Shown piece by piece: positions 25,696 to 32,000 of a DNA stretch of 32,000 nucleotides. The DNA comes from Copranaerobaculum intestinale (GTDB taxonomy: Bacteria; Bacillota_I; Bacilli_A; Erysipelotrichales; Erysipelotrichaceae), in assembly GCF_009831105.1 (NCBI RefSeq), contig NZ_WUUQ01000002.1, positions 690,001 to 722,000 of the forward strand, written 5' to 3'. The notes under the pieces were generated by a model. That model was not told the DNA's origin and made no database searches. It worked only from the letters and a program-made list of their open reading frames with translations. Position 1 is the stretch's first letter. Every line of letters begins with the position of its first letter. The position numbers and the translations under genes were made by a program.

Positions 25696-26619
25696 CTATA
25701 CTACATAATACATAAATTTCTTCCCAATTCGCTGCTTTCGATACCAGTTCTGTTTAACGATACCCTCAAGCGAGTAACGAGCAGTTTCATAGCATACCTC
25801 TGCAAAAGTCATATAATCCCTGATCGTATAGTAATGGTCAACCTGATTATGGGTGACATAAAAACCTGCTTGATGCTCACTTAACATCGGATACTGCTGC
25901 AGCAGTTCCTGTTTCGATAATATTCGCACGTCATCTCGCGCATTCCTACCTAATGATAACACTTGTTTTGATAAATTCAACCGTAACTTGTCAAGAAACA
26001 ATAAAAGCTTATACGTAAGATCAAACTCAGCCGGACTTGAGATATTGATATCAAAAAGCTCTGAAATCGACAAAAATGATAACGGATATAGCATTTTATG
26101 GCTTCCTAACAAGAAAAGGACGAATGCATAACTGGTGACTTTATCAAAAAATTCCAATGCCACAAAAATTCGCAGAATGATGGAAATCTGATCATCAAGA
26201 AAGAAAGCAAAGTGTTTTCTTTGGATTGAATGGTCAATGCCCCATTGATCAAGGAAACGAAACAGCATCATTTCCTTATCGCCTGACAAAGCTATCTGCA
26301 TCTGATTTATGAATTGATGGGCCGTGGACTGCTGACGTTCATTTAGAATACGAGTATCACATTCCCATACAACATGCTCATTACGGTGATCAAAACTGAT
26401 CCCATAGAGCTGATCGGTCAGCTCATTGATACGATCGTTCACACAACTGTTTCTGGTAATATAGTACTCTTTTGCGAATGGGACAGACCAGCGAAACAAC
26501 CGCCGATAATTCTCAATTTCTATCCATATCGGATCGATCATCAGCATTTGAAAATCTTGCGCGACCTCTTCTTTTCGGCAATATTTCATATCGGTGTACT
26601 TCTGAGCAGTTTCAAACAT
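25696..26619 (-). CDS. Hypothetical protein (307 aa), possible C-terminal winged-helix domain
   Basis: AGGAGATG SD 5 nt before the ATG. No catalytic motif recognised; in particular there is no Fic HPFxxGNGR. The C-terminus YTIRDYMTFAEVCYETARYSLEGIVKQNWYRKQRIGKKFMYY looks like helix-turn-helix plus a beta-wing. Confidence 0.6.
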   Translation of the reverse strand: MFETAQKYTDMKYCRKEEVAQDFQMLMIDPIWIEIENYRRLFRWSVPFAKEYYITRNSCVNDRINELTDQLYGISFDHRNEHVVWECDTRILNERQQSTAHQFINQMQIALSGDKEMMLFRFLDQWGIDHSIQRKHFAFFLDDQISIILRIFVALEFFDKVTSYAFVLFLLGSHKMLYPLSFLSISELFDINISSPAEFDLTYKLLLFLDKLRLNLSKQVLSLGRNARDDVRILSKQELLQQYPMLSEHQAGFYVTHNQVDHYYTIRDYMTFAEVCYETARYSLEGIVKQNWYRKQRIGKKFMYYVV

Positions 26620-26694
26620 TTTCTCATCTCCTAGATCATTTTAGCAAAGTAATAGGAGAAAATGGTGATTCTCGACAAACGTTGTCAAAAGACC

Positions 26695-26720
26695 ACAAAA
26701 AAAGCCGCTGAACGGCTTTA
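26695..26720 (-). terminator. Rho-independent terminator downstream of the ABC remnant
   Basis: AAGCCG (26702-26707) pairs with CGGCTT (26713-26718). A T7 run follows on the minus strand. Confidence 0.6.
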
Positions 26721-26736
26721 CAAACGAATGATTTCA

Positions 26737-26941
26737 TCACAATGCTAGATATTCAACATGGGTTACAACGATCACAGTTTTTTGTTGTAAGGTAAATGCT
26801 TTTAGAATGGCGATTACTTCATTACGATTTTCTTGATCCAGATTACCGGTTGGCTCATCGGCGAGGATAATATGAGAAGGCTTCAAAATCAAACGCGATG
26901 AAGTCGAAACATAACAAAACAACAAATAATAGTTTTTTCAT
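26737..26941 (-). pseudogene. Remnant of an ABC-transporter ATPase (Walker B to H-loop only), joined out of frame to a signal-peptide-like start
   Basis: Frame A (TTG 26925) gives ...LILKPSHIILADEPTGNLDQENRNEVIAILK...KTVIVVTH, i.e. Walker B, D-loop and H-loop. Walker A, the Q-loop and LSGGQ are absent. Frame B (ATG 26941, GGAGAAAAGG SD) gives MKKLLFVVLLCFDF... and stops after 28 aa. Confidence 0.65.
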
Positions 26942-26994
26942 ATCCTTTTCTCCAAGATGAAAAGTTTAAACCAATAAAGCATCTCATTGCTTAT

Positions 26995-27043
26995 ACAACA
27001 AAAAATCCCCCATATATATTATTATATCACCAGGGGATTTTTA
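26995..27043 (-). terminator. Possible terminator of lepA (long-loop hairpin)
   Basis: A 10-bp stem, AAAAATCCCC (27001-27010) with GGGGATTTTT (27033-27042), but the loop is 22 nt and AT-rich. Confidence 0.3.
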
Positions 27044-27054
27044 AGCAATTTTAT

Positions 27055-28857
27055 TTATTCATCATCCATTGACAAAACAGCCATAAATGCTTCCTGCGGA
27101 ACTTCCACAGAGCCTACGGATTTCATACGTTTTTTGCCCTCTTTTTGCTTCTCCAGCAGCTTTTTCTTACGCGAGATATCACCGCCATAACACTTAGCTA
27201 AGACATTCTTACGCAGTGCTTTGATATCCGAGCGTGCAATAATCTTACCGTTGATCGCAGCCTGAACAGGAATTTCAAACTGCTGACGAGGAATCAGTTT
27301 TTTCAGTTTTTCACAGATTGCCTTCCCGCGATGATAAGCGAAATCCCGATGGACGATTGTAGATAATGCATCCACAATATCACTGTTTAATAAAATATCC
27401 ATTTTTACAAGTTTATTCGGCTGATAACCGATTAATTCATAATCAAGTGAAGCATATCCGCGGGTACAGGATTTCAGCTTATCAAAGAAATCATAAACTA
27501 TTTCACCCAGTGGCAATTCATAGATGATATTCACGCGGGTATCATCCAGATATACCATATCTTTATAGAATCCGCGCTTATTTTGACAAAGCTCCATGAT
27601 CGGTCCGATATATTCGGTTGGTGACATGATAGACGCTTTTACAAACGGTTCTTCGATATGATCAATCTTGGAAACATCGGGAAGCATGCTTGGATTATCA
27701 ACAAGCGTCATAGACCCATCAGTCAAATAGGCATGATATACAACACTGGGCGCAGTGGCAATCAAATCAATATTATATTCCCGCTCGATCCGCTCCTGGA
27801 TGACATCCATGTGCAAAAGCCCTAAAAAGCCGCAGCGAAAACCAAAGCCCAATGCCTGTGATGTTTCCGCTTCAAAATGCAGTGAAGCATCATTCAGCTG
27901 TAATTTTTCCAACGCATCACGAAGATCATTGTATTTTGCGGAATCAATCGGATACAGACCGCAGTAAACCATTGGATTTAATTGACGGTAACCGGAAAGC
28001 GGTTCAGCTGCCGGACGTTCTGCAAAAGTAATGGTATCACCGACACGAACATCTTTCACTGACTTGATGCTGGCGGCGATCCACCCTACTTCTCCGCAAT
28101 GCAAAATATTCTTTTTCACTTCTTTAGGTGTATGAACCCCCAGTTCAAGCACTTCATATTCAGCTCCGGTAGCCATAAAGCGGATTTTATCTCCAATCTT
28201 CACTTCTCCTTCTTTGATGCGAACATAGGCAATGACTCCGCGGTATGCATCATACAGCGAGTCAAAAACCAGCGCCTGAAGCGGCGCTGATGCATCCCCA
28301 TGCGGTGCCGGTACTTGTTTTATGATCTGTTCCAGGACATCTTCAACATGTAAACCGCTTTTCGCTGATATCAGCGGTGCCTCATCAGCCGGCAATCCGA
28401 TGACATTCTCGATTTCCTGTTTTACCAGATCCGGCTGAGCACTGGGCAGATCAATTTTATTGATCACCGGCAGGATTTCCAAGTCGTTGTCTAAGGCCAA
28501 ATATACATTCGCCAGGGTCTGCGCCTCAATCCCCTGTGCCGCATCTACTACTAAAACCGCTCCCTCACACGCCGCAAGAGAACGCGATACCTCATACGTG
28601 AAATCGACATGGCCCGGCGTATCGATCAGATGAAGCAAGTATGTTTCGCCATCTTTGGCTCGATAGTTCAGTTGTACCGCATTTAATTTGATGGTAATTC
28701 CCCGCTCCCGTTCAAGCTCCATAGAATCCAACAGCTGTTCCTTCATTTCACGGTTCTGCACGGTATCCGTGATTTCCAGAATCCGATCAGCCAGCGTTGA
28801 TTTTCCATGGTCGATATGAGCAATGATGGAAAAATTGCGGATATGTTTCTGATCCAC
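27055..28857 (-). CDS. lepA: Translation elongation factor 4 (LepA)
   Basis: [33 protein letters not shown]. The start is reassigned to GTG 28857, 8 nt after AAAGGAG. The ORF-track start 28884 adds 9 residues that are not part of the conserved LepA N-terminus as I recall it. Confidence 0.93.
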   Translation of the reverse strand: MDQKHIRNFSIIAHIDHGKSTLADRILEITDTVQNREMKEQLLDSMELERERGITIKLNAVQLNYRAKDGETYLLHLIDTPGHVDFTYEVSRSLAACEGAVLVVDAAQGIEAQTLANVYLALDNDLEILPVINKIDLPSAQPDLVKQEIENVIGLPADEAPLISAKSGLHVEDVLEQIIKQVPAPHGDASAPLQALVFDSLYDAYRGVIAYVRIKEGEVKIGDKIRFMATGAEYEVLELGVHTPKEVKKNILHCGEVGWIAASIKSVKDVRVGDTITFAERPAAEPLSGYRQLNPMVYCGLYPIDSAKYNDLRDALEKLQLNDASLHFEAETSQALGFGFRCGFLGLLHMDVIQERIEREYNIDLIATAPSVVYHAYLTDGSMTLVDNPSMLPDVSKIDHIEEPFVKASIMSPTEYIGPIMELCQNKRGFYKDMVYLDDTRVNIIYELPLGEIVYDFFDKLKSCTRGYASLDYELIGYQPNKLVKMDILLNSDIVDALSTIVHRDFAYHRGKAICEKLKKLIPRQQFEIPVQAAINGKIIARSDIKALRKNVLAKCYGGDISRKKKLLEKQKEGKKRMKSVGSVEVPQEAFMAVLSMDDE

Positions 28858-28900
28858 ACGCACCACTCCTTTCACAAGTAGCATTATTATATCAAAATCA

Positions 28901-28931
28901 AGAAAAGAAGAAAAGCACTTTTATGTGCTTC
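28901..28931 (-). terminator. Terminator hairpin after fmt
   Basis: AAGCAC (28913-28918) pairs with GTGCTT (28925-28930). It is followed by TTCTTCTTTTCT on the minus strand. Confidence 0.5.
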
Positions 28932-28943
28932 TCCCGTTGTCCA

Positions 28944-29882
28944 TTACTGCATGATTTTACCGATGTCATTCCGTCCGGAGCCATTAAAATACGCTTTGGC
29001 ATCTACCTTATTCTTTCCTTCCAGCTGTAATTCATCCACCAGAATAAAACCATTCGATGCGGCAATGGCATATCCGCCATCCATCATACCGATCATTTCT
29101 CCAGGCTGATATGCATGCGGCTGACGTTTCATCCGTACACGATGAAATTTCATTTTTTTCTGATTCAATATCGCGTAGCCGATCGGTGCCGGGATCAAAC
29201 CGCGAATATGGTTGTATACTTCTTGCACATCTTCGGTAAACGTAATCTTTTCTTCTTCCTTGGATATATTATAAGCAAAGGTTGCGGCTGCTTCATCCTG
29301 CTCGCGAAAGACGGCAGTACCATTCAGGATCAAAGGGATACATTCCATTAATAAATCAGCTCCAGCTAACGATAGCTTATCCGACAAAGAGCCGGTCGTA
29401 TCCTGCGGCTCAATGATAACCTTACGTTGTGCCATAACTGCCCCAGCATCCATTTTCTTTACCATTCTCATAATGGAAATACCGCTTTCTTTATCGCCGT
29501 TTATGATCGCTTTATGAATTGGCGCCCCGCCTCGAAGCTTCGGCAATAAGGATGCATGAACATTGATACTGCCATAGACAGGGGTATTTAATACAATATC
29601 AGGAATGATCTGACCGTAGGCACAGGTTATAATCAAATCCGGATTCCAAGCCAGGATATCCGTATACTCTGTTTTAATAGAAACCGGCTGTAAAACCGGC
29701 AGCTGGTTTGCCAGTGCCAATTCCTTTACCGGTGTCATCTGCAGAAGCTGCTTGCGTCCTACTTTTTTATCTGGCTGGGATACGACCCCTACCACCTGAC
29801 AATTTTCATTAAGCAACCGCTGCAGGATCGTGCAGGCAAATGCGGGCGTACCCATAAATACAATCCGTGTGGATTTTAACAT
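28944..29882 (-). CDS. fmt: Methionyl-tRNA formyltransferase
   Basis: 312 aa. IVFMGTPAFA, NVHASLLPKLRGGAPI. Confidence 0.92.
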   Translation of the reverse strand: MLKSTRIVFMGTPAFACTILQRLLNENCQVVGVVSQPDKKVGRKQLLQMTPVKELALANQLPVLQPVSIKTEYTDILAWNPDLIITCAYGQIIPDIVLNTPVYGSINVHASLLPKLRGGAPIHKAIINGDKESGISIMRMVKKMDAGAVMAQRKVIIEPQDTTGSLSDKLSLAGADLLMECIPLILNGTAVFREQDEAAATFAYNISKEEEKITFTEDVQEVYNHIRGLIPAPIGYAILNQKKMKFHRVRMKRQPHAYQPGEMIGMMDGGYAIAASNGFILVDELQLEGKNKVDAKAYFNGSGRNDIGKIMQ

Positions 29883-29904
29883 AATCGCATCACCTCTGGG
29901 TGAT

Positions 29905-29913
29905 ATTATACCA
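29905..29913 (-). promoter_or_regulatory. Extended -10 promoter (TGGTATAAT) of fmt with a short leader
   Basis: Minus strand reads TGTGGTATAATATCACCCAGAGGTGATGCGATTATG. Confidence 0.5.
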
Positions 29914-29950
29914 CATCCTCATCCGATCCAATAAAAAAAGAACCCGTTTT

Positions 29951-29987
29951 AAAATGCATCCGCATAAAATTAGAGATGATGCATTTT
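29951..29987 (-). terminator. Possible terminator after the yqxA-like gene
   Basis: A 10-bp AT-rich stem, AAAATGCATC (29951-29960) with GATGCATTTT (29978-29987), encloses a 17-nt loop. A T7 run lies 12 nt further downstream on the minus strand. Confidence 0.3.
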
Positions 29988-29997
29988 TGTTTGGATT

Positions 29998-30291
29998 CTA
30001 TTCTGCTAAGCCGTGAAAAATATCCGATACGATAACTGTACTGGTATCTACCAGATCCACAATGAACTGAGAGGTACGCTTTGCCATACTGGAAGCGAGG
30101 TTCTCATCAATTTCATTTAAAGAACTCTTATCCACCTGTGGTTTCACCGGCTTATTTTGAGCAACACTTGATTCAAACTCCGCTATTTTATCATGAAGCT
30201 CCTCACGATCTTTTTCGTGATCATCAGATACATACGATCCAATTGCCACCAGCAGCAATATCAGACAGGCATCAGCGATAAATCTTCTCAT
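29998..30291 (-). CDS. Small membrane-anchored protein, YqxA-like by position
   Basis: 97 aa with an N-terminal TM (ACLILLLVAIGSYV). It sits directly after spoIIP, as yqxA does in B. subtilis. The family call rests on synteny only. Confidence 0.5.
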   Translation of the reverse strand: MRRFIADACLILLLVAIGSYVSDDHEKDREELHDKIAEFESSVAQNKPVKPQVDKSSLNEIDENLASSMAKRTSQFIVDLVDTSTVIVSDIFHGLAE

Positions 30292-30297
30292 CTGTAA

Positions 30298-31170
30298 TCA
30301 CCCCATCATTTTCTCAATCGCCTTGGCCAATACATCCAGGGAGTTGGTCACTTCTTCAAAGGTGTTCTGATCAGCCCCAACTTCAATCAAGATCATGTTC
30401 GGGCTCATCTGCTGATTATAATAAGCCTCTCTGGTCATCGGCGCTTTCATGATACCATTTACATCTTGGTTGATAATGTCAGTTAGTGTCGTTGCAATTT
30501 TCGTTGACGCAGATACATTTTTACTCAAGCCACCGATCACCGTCATCACGCGGGCATAGGATTTCCCATTGATTTCCGTAAAGCAGGCCTCTCTTGGTAC
30601 ACTGTCACGATGAAGATCGATAACCAGATCGAATCCGCCATAGTTGGCAAATGCGTCATTGATAAATTTATTGGATACTGCATAGCTGCTGTTATAGTCC
30701 CAGCCCTGAGAACGTCCGTAGGCAACAAAATCATTGGTTTCCACAACGACATCAATACCTGCCTTCTGCAGTTTTTCAGCCAATACCTGGGCTCCGTCCA
30801 TAACCGTTTTGCCCCCCTGATATCCTTCCTGTTGATGAGTGTTATAAATATAAATCCGTTTCTTTTCCTTTTTATCTGATGCTGATATTTTTGGTGCTTC
30901 CGGAACAACTGGAGCGTCCTGATCCTGGGTAGTCTTATATTCTTTCTCCTGATCGGTTTCATTAGGAATGTTAACCGTTGAATTTTTCGTAATTACATTA
31001 AGCTGATCTTTGATAGACTGCGGCTCACTCAGTGTCCGCTGATGATAAACGAGGGAGGTCAATACTTCATTTTTACTGAGTTTATCTTTTATGGAGCCAA
31101 AAAATGGTGTCGCAAGCAAAAAGGCACTCAACGCTATCAATTTGAAAATAATCTTAAGATTTGTCCTCAT
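30298..31170 (-). CDS. spoIIP: Stage II sporulation protein P
   Basis: 290 aa. N-terminal TM, IYIYNTHQQE, LVIDLHRD, ILIEVGADQNT. Confidence 0.88.
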   Translation of the reverse strand: MRTNLKIIFKLIALSAFLLATPFFGSIKDKLSKNEVLTSLVYHQRTLSEPQSIKDQLNVITKNSTVNIPNETDQEKEYKTTQDQDAPVVPEAPKISASDKKEKKRIYIYNTHQQEGYQGGKTVMDGAQVLAEKLQKAGIDVVVETNDFVAYGRSQGWDYNSSYAVSNKFINDAFANYGGFDLVIDLHRDSVPREACFTEINGKSYARVMTVIGGLSKNVSASTKIATTLTDIINQDVNGIMKAPMTREAYYNQQMSPNMILIEVGADQNTFEEVTNSLDVLAKAIEKMMG

Positions 31171-31218
31171 AAGAAAACCCCCTCTTTCAACGATATGAAA
31201 AAAGCCGGGGGTTTATAC

Positions 31219-32000
31219 CTAAAGTGTATCGAAGGCTGGATGGAAAAATTTATTGAGGGCAGTAGAAACAATATAGATCAAATGCTTTAATTCATCATCC
31301 ATTGATTTCGGAGTAACAATCAAATCAAGGTGATTTTTCTGAGCGAGCTGTTCCAGCATCTTTTCTTTTTCATCATCCAAAGGATCCAGCGCTTCACTGA
31401 GAATAGCACCGATGCTGGTTACCGTGGCAACACCAATCGCAATTACTGGTACATGTAACGCTTCTTCATTCAGGGCATGGCGATGATTTCCTACCCCGCT
31501 GCCGGGACGGATACCGGTGTTGTTGATCTGGATAACCCGATTGATTCTGCCGGTATTACGGGTTGCCAGCGCATCAATTACAAACACGACATCAGGTTGA
31601 TACTCCTCACACACACTTTTCACGATTGCTGAGGATTCCAGACCGGTTTGCCCCATGACACCGGGCTGGATTACCGCCACATTGCCGGTACCCTTCAGCA
31701 TCGAATGATCTTCATTGGCATACAGATGTGCTGTTACCATGATTTCATTGGCAACCCCCGGACCCAAGGCATCTGATGTAATAAAACGATTTCCCAGACC
31801 CACAACCAATATTTTTTGAGGATTCAGTTTCATATTTTTCATCATGATCTCTAAATTCTGCTTAACCGTTTCTACCACCATGTCCCGATGATCACGGTCT
31901 AAAATATTCTGAAATTCAATTGAGACATAGTCACCCTTATCTTTTCCCAAAACATTTTCATCTTCCAATATCTTTATATAGTTTGTTTTGATATCCTGCC
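31219..32000 (-). CDS. gpr: Germination protease GPR, N-terminus beyond the window
   Basis: VVGLGNRFITSDALGP, PGVMGQTG, IDALA, TGIRPGSGVGN. The ORF-track start at 31968 is a TTG, but the frame stays open to 32000 (...QDIKTNYIKILEDEN...). That stretch aligns with residues ~50-70 of B. subtilis Gpr, so the gene continues upstream. Confidence 0.88.
   Translation of the reverse strand, partial: QDIKTNYIKILEDENVLGKDKGDYVSIEFQNILDRDHRDMVVETVKQNLEIMMKNMKLNPQKILVVGLGNRFITSDALGPGVANEIMVTAHLYANEDHSMLKGTGNVAVIQPGVMGQTGLESSAIVKSVCEEYQPDVVFVIDALATRNTGRINRVIQINNTGIRPGSGVGNHRHALNEEALHVPVIAIGVATVTSIGAILSEALDPLDDEKEKMLEQLAQKNHLDLIVTPKSMDDELKHLIYIVSTALNKFFHPAFDTL

Noticed and set aside
26674-26686. GACAA-ACG-TTGTC inverted repeat and a 6/7 match to the Spo0A box (TGTCGAg on the minus strand), next to a perfect TTGACA upstream of the 307-aa gene
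   Set aside because: The arms are only 5 bp. A 6/7 match to a 7-mer is expected dozens of times by chance in 32 kb. The TTGACA has no properly spaced -10. It is worth an EMSA only if the Spo0A-like protein is studied anyway.
30546-30962. 138-aa same-strand alternative-frame ORF inside spoIIP (similar cases: 13805..14050 in murC, 21389..21673 in pnp, 24054..24308 in hemW, 1527..1727 in the Hint gene)
   Set aside because: These are embedded out of frame in genes with clear family signatures. Their Arg/Lys-rich translations are typical of off-frame reading, and they have no SDs.
31171-31218. AAACCCCC...GGGGGTTT pairing between gpr and spoIIP as a terminator or SD-sequestering hairpin
   Set aside because: The loop is ~24 nt and the 3' arm is the spoIIP SD itself. 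No clear U-tract follows the hairpin. The evidence is insufficient to call it a terminator or a regulator.
1-32000. Search for CRISPR arrays, tRNA/rRNA genes, IS elements or transposases, integrases and long direct or inverted repeats
   Set aside because: None were seen on either strand by eye. Intergenic space is almost fully accounted for by promoters, terminators and the T-box leader. A computational repeat or tRNA scan would be needed for certainty.

Overview
This 32-kb chromosomal segment comes from an endospore-forming Bacillota (Firmicutes) genome. About 32 genes are packed tightly, and all but one lie on the minus strand. No tRNA, rRNA, CRISPR array, IS element or long repeat was seen.

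Most of the window is conserved backbone. Positions 10-19.6 kb mirror the Bacillus subtilis 'yt' region: tyrS with a Tyr T-box, a ccpA-like gene, ytxH/ytxG-position genes, murC, ytpR, ytpP, trmB and a pepV-like dipeptidase. The rest of the backbone is pnp-rpsO, a flippase-rsuA-folA-pdp operon, dpaA-dpaB-dapA with small sporulation genes, and gpr-spoIIP-yqxA-like-(fmt)-lepA...hemW.

Two segments break this backbone and are the best candidates for something new.

1. Left edge (1-2391). A self-contained transcription unit encodes a cytoplasmic 487-aa protein with a Hint (Hedgehog/intein-like) autoprocessing domain behind a GG|C junction. Its 281-aa N-terminal domain is unrecognisable. The gene is translationally coupled to a second unknown gene of at least 308 aa that runs off the window.

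2. A ~2.2-kb insertion between lepA and hemW (24.9-27.05 kb). It carries a divergent Spo0A paralogue whose phospho-acceptor Asp is replaced by Asn, an orphan 307-aa protein with a possible C-terminal winged helix, and a decayed ABC-ATPase remnant.

I also found a 54-aa Cys-rich DUF1540-type gene that is absent from the ORF track. Several ORF-track starts are over-extended or use GTG/TTG and were corrected. All family assignments come from reading the translations by eye; no searches were run.
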